Made by a program: the position numbers and the translations under genes. Shown here one piece after another: positions 29,914 to 41,267 of a stretch of DNA of 64,000 nt. Position 1 is the stretch's first letter. Each line of letters begins with the position of its first letter. Origin of the DNA: Pirellulales bacterium (GTDB lineage: Bacteria > Planctomycetota > Planctomycetia > Pirellulales > JADZDJ01). The notes beneath the pieces were generated by a model that was not told the DNA's origin, made no database searches, and saw nothing but the letters and a program-made list of their open reading frames with translations. Location of the stretch: the NCBI GenBank assembly GCA_963738835.1, contig CAVTYH010000001.1, positions 592,071 through 656,070 of the forward strand, read 5' to 3'.

Positions 29914-30674
29914 CGGCTGATATTTATTCTTCTTGGCCTTCATTTCAGAAGCATTCATGGCACAACACCGCGATCAATTGGTCGATAATTACGCCGACCA
30001 CTTTGCGAATTAATCGCACGCTTGACGCTCGCTCGATGAAGCCGCCAAGGATTTCCGGATCACGAGCACACTTTTGGTTCTGTGCTGCGTCGTTCCGACC
30101 CGGTGCGCGAATTCTTGATCTCGGATGCGGCGTGGGTTTTCTGCTGAACTGGTTGGCCCGACGGCCTGGGATTGTGGCAGTTGGCGTGGATGCCTCGGCA
30201 TCGCAACTGGAAATTGCCCGCGCCAATTTGCCAAATGTGGAATTTAGTGGCGAGGACTGGAATACCTGCGGTCAAATCCCGAATCGTTCGACGGGATTTT
30301 TTGCCGACGTGTTGGAGCACATTCCTGGTACCGATCTGTGCATCGAATGGGTCCAAACCGCCCGCGCCGCACTGCGACCAGGTGGATTCTTTGTCTGTCG
30401 CCGACCCAACGGTGCAAACCTAACCGCCTCTTATTCGAGATATATCGATTTGACCCATGAGCGAATTTTTACCGAAGTGTCGATCCTGCAATTACTCGAA
30501 GCGGGAGGGCTGAGTGGCGGTCGCGTATTGCCGATTCGGGCCGGAAGTCTTGGAGGCCGCACTCGAATTGCGGTCGAAGCCGGCTTGCATCGGATGATAT
30601 ATCGGCTTTGCGGACAAGGGCAGGTACATCACTTTACGTACAATGTGTTCGCCGTTGGTTACCGTAGTGACTGA
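29910..30674 (+). CDS. class I SAM-dependent methyltransferase
   Basis: RPGARILDLGCGVGFLLNWL (motif I), FFADVLEHIP, RPGGFFV. ATG 29910 overlaps the flippase stop. The first ~60 codons look frame-disturbed (MAQHRDQLVDNYADHFAN in another frame). Confidence 0.75.
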   Translation: MTADIYSSWPSFQKHSWHNTAINWSIITPTTLRINRTLDARSMKPPRISGSRAHFWFCAASFRPGARILDLGCGVGFLLNWLARRPGIVAVGVDASASQLEIARANLPNVEFSGEDWNTCGQIPNRSTGFFADVLEHIPGTDLCIEWVQTARAALRPGGFFVCRRPNGANLTASYSRYIDLTHERIFTEVSILQLLEAGGLSGGRVLPIRAGSLGGRTRIAVEAGLHRMIYRLCGQGQVHHFTYNVFAVGYRSD

Positions 30675-30706
30675 AGATGTAATTCGAGATAAAAGCATCA
30701 GAAGTT

Positions 30707-31939
30707 ATGGCCGTCACGCTGCCCCGTTGTTCGTATCACTTCGATCGTCTGCCGACTGATCAACACACACGTATGGAACTGCAAGCGAATTTGGCTACTT
30801 CGGTCAAGCCTATCCGCGTTTTGCACGTCCTTGGAAGACTCGATCACGGTGGGGTCGAAGTCTGGCTAATGAACGTTTTGCGGCATATCAACCGCAGCGA
30901 GTTTTGTTTTGATTTTGCCTACACTCGCGCAAACCAGGGGTGTTTGACGCCGAAGTGCCAATTGGCAGCTAATATTTTTCCGCTGGATCCTCCACGCCGA
31001 AGGCCGTTGACATATGGTAGCCGGCTTGCTCGGCTGCTCACAACCAACGGTCCGTACGATGTTGTCCATAGTCATGTCCATTTTTCCAGTGGCTTTGTGC
31101 TTCGTGAGGCGGCTCGACTCGCGATTCCGAATCGAATTGCTCATTCGCATAACGATACTCGATCGCTCGATCAACAATCGGGCTGGCTGCGGCGGTTGTA
31201 TCGGCGAACAACCAGCGGCTGGATCCATCGCTATGCAACGACGGGACTTGCTTGTTCCAGCTGGGCGGCAGCGGCTCTGTTCGGCGAAAATTGGAAAGCA
31301 GACGACCGTTGGAAAATTCTGCGCTATGGGGTCGATTTCTCGAAGTTTTCGCAGTCACGCCACCGGGAACTGTTCTTGCAGGAACTGGGCATTCCAGCAA
31401 ACCGTAAAATTATTGGGCAAATCGGCCGTCTTGCCGAACAGAAGAATCACCGGTTTTCAGTGCAAGTGTTGCGAGAATTGGTAGCAAAGGGAGCGGACGT
31501 GCATTTGCTCATCGTCGGCGGCGGAGAATTAGAGCACCTGATTCGCATGCAGATTCAAGAAGCTGGGCTCAGTGAGCGAGCCACTATGGTCGGCGACCAG
31601 CAAGACGTGGCCTCTTATTTGTCGGTCATGGATTTAATGATTTTTCCGTCTGTGCACGAAGGGCTGGGCATTGTGATGCTGGAAGCGCAAGCAGCGGGCG
31701 TGCCGGTGGTTGCCTCAGACCACGTTCCTGGGGACGGCATTGTTTTACCCGATTTGGTCGAACAGCTGTCTCTGCAGGCAGGGATGGCAGCGTGGGCTGA
31801 CGCAATTCAAGACAAAATGAACGCACCGACAAAAGACCCTGCCAAAACGGTCGCGCTGATGTCGCAAAGCGACTTTGCGATCTCCAGTTCGGTGGAACAG
31901 TTATGCAGGGTATATCGCGGCGACTACAATAAGAACTAG
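30707..31939 (+). CDS. GT4-family glycosyltransferase
   Basis: IRVLHVLGRLDHGGVE N-domain. C-domain FPSVHEGLGIVMLEAQAAGVPVVASD (EX7E). Intact. Confidence 0.85.
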   Translation: MAVTLPRCSYHFDRLPTDQHTRMELQANLATSVKPIRVLHVLGRLDHGGVEVWLMNVLRHINRSEFCFDFAYTRANQGCLTPKCQLAANIFPLDPPRRRPLTYGSRLARLLTTNGPYDVVHSHVHFSSGFVLREAARLAIPNRIAHSHNDTRSLDQQSGWLRRLYRRTTSGWIHRYATTGLACSSWAAAALFGENWKADDRWKILRYGVDFSKFSQSRHRELFLQELGIPANRKIIGQIGRLAEQKNHRFSVQVLRELVAKGADVHLLIVGGGELEHLIRMQIQEAGLSERATMVGDQQDVASYLSVMDLMIFPSVHEGLGIVMLEAQAAGVPVVASDHVPGDGIVLPDLVEQLSLQAGMAAWADAIQDKMNAPTKDPAKTVALMSQSDFAISSSVEQLCRVYRGDYNKN

Positions 31940-32009
31940 GCGATCCGGCCAAAGGCCGTGGTCAGGCGTGTCCCAAATTTATCGAATTCTTCAAGCCAGC
32001 AGAATTGAG

Positions 32010-33626
32010 ATGGCAAGTATTACCTCAACACCGACGTTTCTGCCCCCACTTGTCAACGACCCCGCCAGCATGCAATTGAAGGCCGATGCGCGGCCAATTG
32101 CCAGGGCAACAAGATTTGATGCACTCACGACGATTCTGGCCTGGGCAATTTGCTCGGTCGCTGTCATTTGGGCTTTGTGTGAATCAACAGCTTGCTCGCA
32201 TTGGTTCATCATCCCGGTGTTTTTCAGTGGTGTAATTATCACCCTGGATATGGTTGATTGGTTTCGAGGGCGATTCAATGTGTTTGATCCTGTAGGCCTG
32301 CTCGGAGTATTCGGTTTTCACTTCTTTTTCATGGCTCCCCTATTGCACGTCGTGTGGGACTGGTGGATGACAGACCGCACAATTCGGATTGCCGATTTGC
32401 GCCCTGGCTGGGATGGATGGCAATTCTAAATCTAATTGGACTTCTAATTTATCGGTACACGCGCGATCGATTCGCCGGCAACCGAGCGGCAAAGCCGCGC
32501 CGAACATGGCTACTCAACGAGTCGCTGTTTTGGCCGGTCTTAATTATCATGCTCGTGGTTTCAGCAGTCCTGCAAGCTTATCTTTATATCAGTTGGGGCG
32601 GTATCTTGGGTTATATTCAGGGCGTCGAGACTCAGCTTGCGGCGCACGGGCTCAAAAGGGCGCCGTCTATGCGGTTTCGGAAAGCTTCCCGCTGCTGTTG
32701 ATGATTGGCTACTGCGTGCTGGCCCGTCGAAACCGCTTTTTGGCATCCTGGGGAATGTTGGCCGCGATGATGTTTACGTACTTGGTGCTGACCATGCTGT
32801 TCGGCGGTCTTCGCGGGGCCCGATCGAACACCGTTTGGGCGATCTTCTGGGCAGTTGGAATGATTCATTTTTTCGTGCGGCCGGTTCCGAAGAAAATCAT
32901 CTTCGCGGGCGCCGTCTTTTTGTTTGGCTTCATGTACGTGTACGGTTTCTTTAAATCGGGGGGATTGAAAGCAATCACCGCGCTGGAAAGCGGACAGGCC
33001 GATATTGAATATCTCGACACAAAACGCAACGCACGACCGCCGTGGTACTTTTAGGCGACTTTGCCCGAACCGAAACGCAAGCTTTCATGCTACGGCAGCT
33101 CAACAATAAGGAGTTCGAGTATGATTTGGCGCTGGGCCGAACATACGTCGCAACGATATGCCGCATCATCCCCAGTTGGATCTGGCCAAATCGTCCCTTG
33201 CTGAAAGACCTTGAAGGAACAGAAGTTCAATACGGAAAGGGCACTTACGATCCGGTGAATCGAAGGTCGTCTCTCGTGTACGGAGCGTCGGGCGAAGCGA
33301 TGATGAATTTTGGCCCCGTCGCCGTGCCGATTGTGTTTGCAATCTGGACGCTGGTAGTTGCACGAGTTCGAAAATGGATCCTGAGCTGGAATTCTACAGA
33401 CGTTCGGGTGCTATTGGCGCCTTGGCTAATCATCATAAGCTTCGTCATGTTTATTGGCGACTCCGACAACGTCTTCTATTCCTTCTTTAAGTACGGAACA
33501 GTGCCGGTATTAGTCCTTTGGTTGTGCTCGCGCCATGTGCCGAACGTATCAAGATCAATCTCAGGCATTTACTCTCGTTCAGCGTTAGGTTCGGCACATC
33601 AGCTTCCAACAAGGGCGATGCGCTGA
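32010..33626 (+). CDS. Wzy-like oligosaccharide repeat-unit polymerase (multi-TM); about 3 frame changes in this assembly
   Basis: Ten or more hydrophobic segments and no soluble domain. Pieces lie in ORFs 31875..32429, 32354..32701, 32389..33054 and 33042..33626. Function inferred from topology and position. Confidence 0.55.
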
Positions 33627-33857
33627 TTGTCGACGTTGGCGGCGGCATTATTGTTGATGCAGATGCTCGATTACAACGCTAAGAGCAACGATCGAGTTGA
33701 CAGTAGATGAATTGTCTTCAATGTGCAATGTATGAAGGGACGGTCTGCAAAGCAGCTGAATTGGCGGCGCCGAACTGAATCGACCGCTGCCTCCCGCACC
33801 GCTGGGTAGCTGCATGCTGCCCATCGTCGAAAGTTATCTGGCAAAGATAAGTTCAGG

Positions 33858-34343
33858 ATGCGCGTCCTCGACATCGGTTGTGGGTCTTGGTTGCGCATCA
33901 AGCGGCATTGTGACTCGGTCTGCGCGACTGATGAAGGAATCGATGTCTTGGAGTCGTACTTTGGCCTTCCTACCGTGGCCACGCGCCTGGAGAATTTGGC
34001 TGACCTTTCATTTCCGGATAACACGTTCGAAGTAATCATCTCGAACCAGGCCATGGTACATTGGGGAGAATTCGGTTGCAGCATCCGTTGGGGTTTGTAT
34101 CAATGTTTTCGGGTGTGCAAAATCGGCGGTCAGTTGTGCCTGAACGTTCCGATTTACTTTCACGGCACCAGCGATTTCATGCTTGGTCGATTGAATCGCA
34201 TTCTTCACGAATGCTGGCACTTTACGGACGACCTGCGATTCGAAAGATGGGGTCAGCCATCTGGCGAAATCCCGCCTGTTTATCCTTTCCCAGGCTATTG
34301 GCGGCATGCAAAAGCCCAGCATACATTCTCGACATCCAAATGA
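33858..34343 (+). CDS. class I SAM-dependent methyltransferase (short N-terminus)
   Basis: MRVLDIGCGS (motif I) at the very N-terminus, then FPDNTFEVIISNQAMVHW, CKIGGQLCLNVP. The N-terminus may be truncated or shifted. Confidence 0.7.
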   Translation: MRVLDIGCGSWLRIKRHCDSVCATDEGIDVLESYFGLPTVATRLENLADLSFPDNTFEVIISNQAMVHWGEFGCSIRWGLYQCFRVCKIGGQLCLNVPIYFHGTSDFMLGRLNRILHECWHFTDDLRFERWGQPSGEIPPVYPFPGYWRHAKAQHTFSTSK

Positions 34344-34572
34344 CCAAGACACGGTCCACTGCTCCTGAAAAAAGACCTCGATTTCACCCAACTGGCCGAT
34401 GGGCACAGATCATGCATTACCCGATCTCATTCAATATCTACCGGGTTTTGAAAAAGCTGCACCTATTCGGCGCGGCGTAAGAGCGGTTAATCAACCGCCA
34501 TCACTCGCTCCTCATCGTGACGTTCGACCGGTTCATTCTGCAATACACTTTAGAACGAATCTAACATCTTAT

Positions 34573-35736
34573 ATGAATGTACTAATCTGTTCCGAAGCTC
34601 ATTTCGTTCAGGTAGGTGAGCACGTGTACTGTCCGCAGTCGCCGCCGGACTATTTTCAGCGCTACCGTGAGGGATGGGAGGAAGTGATCATCTTAGGGCG
34701 TTTGGCATTTCGCTCCGAACCGCCGAGGGGCGTGCCGTTGCTAAACCTGCAAGGGATTCGCATCGTCGGGCTACCCGACTATCTCGGCCCGCTTCAATAC
34801 GCGATTCACAGCCGGCGCATCCGCGGCATTGCACGCAAACTGATACCCAAGGTCGATAGCATCGTCTTTCGTGGCGGGCATCAAATCAGCGCGGTGGTTT
34901 ATTCGCTAATTCGTCGAACTGGCCGCCCGTACGGAATCGAAGTCGTCGGAGATCCCTACGATGCTCTTGCCTGGAGCCAGCACTTTGCCGTTTCGATCTT
35001 TTTTTCGTTGGCGTTTCGCTGAAATCCTCAAACGACTCTGCCACAACGCATACGCTTCCTCCTACGTAACGGCCGAAGCACTACAGCGGTGCTATCCACC
35101 GGCGCCGGGAAAATTCGCAACGCACTTTTCGGATGTGGTTACCAAGCCTGTAGCAAACTCCCGCCAACAGTTTCCCGCGTGCGGTCCGTACCGTCTCATT
35201 TCGGTCGGCACAATGGCAACGATGAATAAGGCCTACGATGTCCTTCTGCAAGCGGCTCGCCAAGTCGTCAATGCGGGATTGGATTTGCGGCTGGTAATCA
35301 TCGGTGATGGCCAGCATTTGCCGAAAATGAAACAGCTTGCCAAGGACCTAGACATCGCAGATCGTGTGACATTTCGAGGACTCGTCTCATTTGGTGATGC
35401 GATCAATGCGGAGTTAGATCGGGCACATTTGCTGGTGATGCCGTCGCGGCAGGAGGGCTTGCCGCGAGCCATGGCGAAGCAATGGCACGCGGTCTGCCCT
35501 GCATCGGTAGCACCGTCGGTGGCATTCCAGAGCTGCTGGCTCCGGCAGAACTTGTTCCACCCAACGATGTTCAAGCGCTCGTCGCAAAATTGCAGGAGAT
35601 ACTGCCCGACCCTTCGCGGATGCTCACACTTTCGAAACGCAATTTGGAAGTCGCCGCCAATTATACGGAGAGCGTTTTGCGTGATCGCCGCGTTGAGTTT
35701 ATCGCCAGCTGCGTGTCGGAACCGAAGCCTGGCTAA
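34573..35736 (+). CDS. GT4-family glycosyltransferase; 2 frame changes in this assembly
   Basis: MNVLICSEAHF.. (ORF 34399..35022), LRLVIIGDGQ..LLVMPSRQEGLPRAM (34961..35830), ARGLPCIGSTVGGIPELL (35482..35736). Confidence 0.8.
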
Positions 35737-35931
35737 TGCGACGCCGCGCACCGGTGAATCGTCGAAGCTTGAGCAATGTCGCGCTACATCACGATTGATA
35801 AATCAATCCAGTGGCCAAGTTCAAAAATGACCGCTGCGAATTATTATATGCTCCGAACGTCATTTTACTCAGGTTAGCGTTGGCCGTAGGCACTTCAATC
35901 ACTACTTAATGACCTTCGCAGTTGCTCAACG

Positions 35932-36740
35932 ATGAATCGCAAAATCGACCGCCCGATTTCCCTTTGGTGCAAATTTGCGGCGGCCATGACCCGTCTGCCC
36001 GAAATTGGTAGTTGTTCTAGAGCATTCAAGAATTGGGCCGCGATGACGCGCATTTATGCAGGTGGGGCGATGCCCGAAGATTTCGTGGCCCACGGTCTGC
36101 GCTGGATTTACGTTGCCATTGCATGATCCCACGGATGTCGTGACGGCCTGGGTCGTGTTGTGCCGGCGAATATTACTTACCGGAGAACAGCTATACGGTC
36201 CTGGACTTGGGAGCGAACATCGGTGCGTTTTCGATTTTCGCGACGTGCTGTCGAAATGCGCGGCAGGTCTATGCATTGGAACTGGTCACCAGCACGTTTG
36301 ATACTTTGCAGGACAACTTGCGTGCCAATGGGCTGGCAAACGTTTCAGCCCTTCGCAAAGGCATTGGTCGGGAATCTGGCAAGCGGACAATTTATCTGGG
36401 GGTCACTTCCCAGCATGCATCGATCATCTATCGCGGAATGCCAAGGTACGAATCGGGGCTGACCGAGGAAGTCGAAATTGTCACGCTGGAGGACCTGTTT
36501 GACGAACTCAAGATCGACAAAGTTGATATGGCGAAAATGGATTGTGAGGGTGGCGAAGTTGAAGCGATTCTTGCCGCCAGCGATGAATGTCTGCGGCGTA
36601 TCAAACATATTTCGTTGGAATACCATTTTCAAAATAACATCTCGAACGAAACCGAGTTCTTCGGACGTCTGGCCCTAGCGGGTTTCAAGTGTACCAAGAA
36701 GAGTCGGGTCGGACGGCTCGCGCAGTTCGTGCGAACGTAA
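35932..36740 (+). CDS. FkbM-family methyltransferase; about 2 frame changes in this assembly
   Basis: LGANIGAFSIFA..VYALE and VDMAKMDCEGGEVEAIL..ISLEYHF in ORF 36207..36740. N-terminal pieces lie in ORFs 35932..36126 and 36056..36301. Confidence 0.75.
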
Positions 36741-36805
36741 AAGCAATGGCCTAGCCGCTGGCGAATTCCCCACTTCGACCAGCGATCCCCCAGGATAAGA
36801 ACGAA

Positions 36806-37972
36806 GTGCCGCGGCTGCTTTATATCACGACCGATGCCATTGCGCTGCGGGTTCTCTTGGAAGGTCAGCTCGCACATTTTCGCGACGTGGGCTACGAAGT
36901 AATTGCTGTGGCCGCTCCTGGCGCAGACCTCGATTTCGTCGCCCAGCGCGATCGGATTCAGGTCGTTGGTCTGCCAATGAATCGCGAAATTCGTCCCCTG
37001 AGCGACGTTGTGTCGCTGTGGCGCATGTGGCGTCTCATCCGTCGACTGCGGCCCGATATCGTCTGCACCGCCACTTCCAAAGCCAGCCTGCTGGGATTGA
37101 TCGCAGCCTGGTTCGCCCGCGTGCCGGTGCGAGTTTATCGGCTCTGGGGATTGCGATTGGAAACGGCCCACGGCGTGAAACGCCGAATTCTGGCAATGGC
37201 CGAAAAGATTTGCGTTGCGTGTTCGCACCGGGTGCTGTCCATAAGTGACAGTCTGCGGACCGCATTCATTGCGGGTGGATTTGTTCGGCCAGAAAAAATA
37301 TTCGTCGTGGCCAAAGGTTCGAATAATGGCATCAAAACCGATTGGTTCCTGCAAACCGCAGAAGTCCAGGTGGCCGCGAAGATCTTACGCAAGCAGTGGG
37401 GGGTGCCGGATGATGCTCCCGTCATCGGCTTCGTGGGCCGCTTCGTTCGCGACAAAGGAATTGTGGAGCTGGTCGATGCTTTTGACAAAGTGTTGGTTAC
37501 CCGCCCCGATGCCTGGCTGATGCTCGTGGGCGATTACGAAACCGGCGATCCTGTGCCCGACCAATACGTCCGCCGCATCGCCGACATCCGCATTATTCGA
37601 CCGGGTTTTGTACAGCTCCCTCAACTCGGGCCTTATTATGGTGCGATGACGGTTTTTGCTTTCCCCACACATCGGGAGGGTTTTGGCAACGTCGCCGTTG
37701 AAGCAGGCGCTGCGGGATTGCCAGTTGTGACATTTCAGGCCACCGGCGCGATCGATGCCGTTCTCGACGGGGTGACGGGTACGGTTGTCCCGCTGGGCGA
37801 TTCCGATGCTCTTACCGCGGCAATTTTGCGGTATTTCAACGACAATCAGCTGCGTCTGAAACATGGCCAGGCCGGCCATCAACGGGCCTTGACCGACTTC
37901 CGCCCAGAACCCATTTGGCAGGCGATGGACGCCCATTTTCGCGAATTGCTGGCCGAGCGGGCGAAGCGGTAG
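36806..37972 (+). CDS. GT4-family glycosyltransferase
   Basis: Intact 388-aa ORF (GTG start). FPTHREGFGNVAVEAGAAGLPVVTF (EX7E). Confidence 0.85.
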   Translation: MPRLLYITTDAIALRVLLEGQLAHFRDVGYEVIAVAAPGADLDFVAQRDRIQVVGLPMNREIRPLSDVVSLWRMWRLIRRLRPDIVCTATSKASLLGLIAAWFARVPVRVYRLWGLRLETAHGVKRRILAMAEKICVACSHRVLSISDSLRTAFIAGGFVRPEKIFVVAKGSNNGIKTDWFLQTAEVQVAAKILRKQWGVPDDAPVIGFVGRFVRDKGIVELVDAFDKVLVTRPDAWLMLVGDYETGDPVPDQYVRRIADIRIIRPGFVQLPQLGPYYGAMTVFAFPTHREGFGNVAVEAGAAGLPVVTFQATGAIDAVLDGVTGTVVPLGDSDALTAAILRYFNDNQLRLKHGQAGHQRALTDFRPEPIWQAMDAHFRELLAERAKR

Positions 37973-38128
37973 GAGGCATATCAATCCATTGCCGGCCCTA
38001 TAACCGCTGACTAAGATGAATTTTAGGGCCAAGGCACGCACCAGGCAGCATTTGCGGAACCTCTTCTTGCCATTCAGGCTTTGTGCCGGCGTTCAGGGAA
38101 CGAAACCGGCTTAACGCGGCACAGCCCC

Positions 38129-39471
38129 ATGAAACACTTCAAAACCGCCCGCTTTTTCTGTCAGGCGACAATCGCCCTGGCCGTCTGCATCTTTGCGGCC
38201 GAGTGCAGGCGGCACTGCAAGTGGCGGGCTACACGGCAGCCACGGCGGGCCAGTACGATCGTTTTTTGAACGATCCTTCGTTCATCGGCAATCCCGCAAA
38301 CTGGCCGGCTGGCGATCCAACAGGCAACAATCCGTACCCTTGGTCTGGCGTGGGTCGCGGCGTCGATGGCCGCTGGGGCACCATGATTTCGCCCAGTTAC
38401 TTTCTCAGCGCCAGTCACTTCGCGCCCAGCGGCACGCTGCGGTTCTACTACACCAACGACCCCAACGGCGGTTTTGAAGACCACACCATTGTTTCCTCGG
38501 TCGTCCGCATCGGCGGCAGCGACGTTTGGCTTGGCCAGCTCGATGCGCCCGTCTCCAGCAGCGTCGCCATCTATCCGATTTTGTCCCTCTCGAACAACAA
38601 TAAATACGGCGGTTTAGGCATCGCCACTTTTGGACTCTCCGACACCAACAACGGCGTGGAAGGCACCGCCACCACCGTTCGGCTGGGGACCAACAACATC
38701 GATGTCACCAGTCCCTTTGGCAACGGGCATGTTGTACAACAGCAGACCATCGCGCCTAGTACCGGACTCGTTTACGCCTACGATTACAATCCAACCATCC
38801 CCAATCCCAACAATTCGTCGCAAAACATTTCGCAACCGAACGAATCGTTCCTCAATCCGGGCGATTCCGGCGGGCCTAGCTTTTTTCTGTATGCCGGGGC
38901 TTCGCCGGCGCTGGTGGGCATCCATTGGTTTGCGTCGGACGGAAACCCCAGTTTTTCCGGCGACACCTTCGTGCCCGGTTACATCAGCGCCATTCAGGCC
39001 GCAATGACTGGCGAGACACTCTCGACCGTTTCCCCGATCCTGGGCGATTTCAACTTGAACGGAGCCGTGACCCAAGATGACCTTACGGCAATGCTGGGGG
39101 CACTTACCGATATCTCGTCTTACCAAACGCTGCACGGTCTCTCGAACGGCTACTTGAAAGACATTGGCGACTTCAACCACGATAATGTTGTGAATAACGC
39201 CGACGTGCAGGGTTTGCTCGATTTACTAGCCGCCAACGGCGCCGGCAGCGGGCTCTCGCTGGTGCCGGAACCGGCCTCGGTCGTGCTGCTGGCGATCGGC
39301 GGGCTGGCTGTTTTGTGGGCAGCTCGGCGAAAGTCTCGACTTTCTACGCCAATTTGGCACAATACGGTTAGCAATCTTTTCTGTTGCCGGGGCGATTTCT
39401 CCTTCTCGGAAGGGAACAGTTATGAAGAAGCACTGCGGCTCAACGCGCCAGAGTCACCATTCAATGCGTGA
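38129..39471 (+). CDS. PEP-CTERM-anchored trypsin-like (S1) serine protease with dockerin-type repeats; 1 frame change, real stop uncertain
   Basis: Signal peptide MKHFKTARFFCQATIALAVCIFAA lies in the frame of ORF 38081..38269; the rest is in ORF 38083..39471. Triad contexts: LSASHF (His), DVWLGQLD (Asp), NPGDSGGPSF (Ser). Repeats GDFNLNGAVTQDDL and GDFNHDNVVNNADV. Sorting signal VPEPASVVLLAIGGLAVLWAARRK. The ORF continues ~45 codons past the signal and overlaps the next gene. Confidence 0.8.
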
Positions 39472-40549
39472 CGCCCAACGCCTACCGCTAGCCGGCTTCA
39501 CGCTGGTGGAACTGCTCGTCGTGATCGCCATCATCGGCATGCTGATGGCGCTGCTCTTGCCGGCGGTCAACAGCGCTCGCGAACAAGGCCGCCGCGCCGT
39601 CTGCCTCAACAACATGAAGCAACTTTCAACAGCGCCTCGCAGTTATGAATCGACAAAGAAAGAATTGCCGGGTTATGCGAACTTTGGAGTAAACGCGCGT
39701 GTCCTTACATGGCCGATGATGTTGTTCCCGTACATCGAGCGAACCGATGTCTGGCAAGTTTGGAGCGATGCCACGACAACCAACCCGAAATTAATGACAT
39801 CAACACCATACATGGAACTGATGGTCTGCCCCAGCAATCCGCCGGTCGATCAGAACTCGCCGTGGTTGGCATATGTGGCGAATTGCGGAAAACAAGATTT
39901 AGTAACGCCTACAACTGTGCCCCCAGCAACCACACCGCCGATCTCTGCGACAGACGTCCAAAAGGCGGAACGGACAGCGAACGGAGTGTTCTTCAACCGC
40001 TTTACTCCCATCGGCGTTAGCAACAAAAATCGTTTTCAGCGATTAGTGATGTCACTCGATCACATTTCCGATGGCTCTAGCAACACTCTGATGCTCTCCG
40101 AAAATGCTCAGGCATTTAAGTATACAAACAATAATAATCTCAGTGCCTCGGCACCGGACGTAATATCAAGCTCACAACCGGCCCAGTATGAACCGAGTGA
40201 TGTTCGCCAGGTGGAACTGTATACCGGCTTCGTTTGGGCGCCTCTTACCACGAACCCCAGCTCCGCGCCGCGAATAAACGCCAACAAAAATGGCGACTAC
40301 CTTGGTCCACCGGCCTTAAAGGTTACTCAAGGGACCTATTTGCCTTCGGGCAATGATACAAGTTGGGTGTACGCCCGGCCCTCAAGTTTTCATCCTGGCG
40401 GAGTGAATGTGGCCATGTGCGGCGGAGAGTTATTCTTTTTGCGTGACGATATCGACTACAAGGTTTACCAGCAGTTGATGACTTCCGACGGTCGGCACTC
40501 GGACATGCCCGACACGACCTACATCCTCAACGATCAAGACTACAAATAG
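39422..40549 (+). CDS. DUF1559 / H-X9-DG-type protein with prepilin-like N-terminal methylation motif
   Basis: [47 protein letters not shown]-terminal SFHPGGVNVAMCGGE. Alternative start ATG 39464. Confidence 0.85.
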   Translation: MKKHCGSTRQSHHSMRDAQRLPLAGFTLVELLVVIAIIGMLMALLLPAVNSAREQGRRAVCLNNMKQLSTAPRSYESTKKELPGYANFGVNARVLTWPMMLFPYIERTDVWQVWSDATTTNPKLMTSTPYMELMVCPSNPPVDQNSPWLAYVANCGKQDLVTPTTVPPATTPPISATDVQKAERTANGVFFNRFTPIGVSNKNRFQRLVMSLDHISDGSSNTLMLSENAQAFKYTNNNNLSASAPDVISSSQPAQYEPSDVRQVELYTGFVWAPLTTNPSSAPRINANKNGDYLGPPALKVTQGTYLPSGNDTSWVYARPSSFHPGGVNVAMCGGELFFLRDDIDYKVYQQLMTSDGRHSDMPDTTYILNDQDYK

Positions 40550-40594
40550 CGAATGACGAAATTCGAGGTCCAACGAAATCCGAATCGTCCCTTG

Positions 40595-41053
40595 TCATTT
40601 CTTCCCCAGCTTTCGCTGCTCGGCAAAAAACTGCGTCAGCAGCCGGCCGCATTCGTCCCCCAAGACGCCGCTGACAATTTGGCACTGGTGGTTCAATCGC
40701 CGGTCGGTTAGCAGTTGATACAGTGTGTGGACCGCGCCCGCCTTGGGATCGGTCGCGCCGTACACCACCAGCGGAATTCGGGCCTGCACAATCGCCCCGG
40801 CGCACATTGGGCAGGGCTCCAGCGTCACGTACAGCGTGCAGCCTTCCAGTCGCCAACTGCCCAGGGCTTCGGCGGCTTGCGTGATGGCGATCATTTCGGC
40901 ATGGGCCGTCGGATCGTGCAATTGCTCCCGCTGATTGTGCGCCGCCGCAATCACGCGCTGGCCATGCACAATTACTGCTCCCACCGGCACTTCATTTTCC
41001 GCCAAGGCCGCTTCCGCCTCCGCCAACGCCATTCGCAGGAAGAATTCGTGCAT
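40595..41053 (-). CDS. tadA: tRNA-specific adenosine deaminase
   Basis: [10 protein letters not shown] (HAE) and [11 protein letters not shown] (PCxxC) deaminase zinc motifs. 152 aa, intact. Confidence 0.9.
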   Translation of the reverse strand: MHEFFLRMALAEAEAALAENEVPVGAVIVHGQRVIAAAHNQREQLHDPTAHAEMIAITQAAEALGSWRLEGCTLYVTLEPCPMCAGAIVQARIPLVVYGATDPKAGAVHTLYQLLTDRRLNHQCQIVSGVLGDECGRLLTQFFAEQRKLGKK

Positions 41054-41267
41054 ACAACATTTCCGGAAACGTCAACGCACGAAATCGCACAGGACCGCGG
41101 GTGCCGGACGGAAATGTGCGCGGAATTCAACGTTCGATGCTACGATTCAATACGTTCCATAAAGTCCATCTGACCAACTTACTGATCATCGTATCGCACG
41201 GCCATTGGCAGTCCAAATCGGTCTCGATTAGAGTAGTGAAATCTCCTTACCAGGCAAAGACTCCCGC

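Noticed and set aside
28554-30674. 706-aa ORF as one fusion protein (flippase + methyltransferase)
   Set aside because: Only the first ~300 and last ~250 residues look like real protein. The middle (..GHGRRNTARVLFCGWKDSRVL..) is out-of-frame read-through. The true flippase C-terminus is in ORF 29485..29913, which ends where ATG 29910 starts the methyltransferase. These are two genes plus an indel.
33671-34084. 137-aa minus-strand ORF and plus-strand ORF 33814..34035 around the start of the second methyltransferase
   Set aside because: Both overlap the methyltransferase frame that carries the SAM motif VLDIGCGS, and neither has its own motif. They may only reflect an indel near the true N-terminus.
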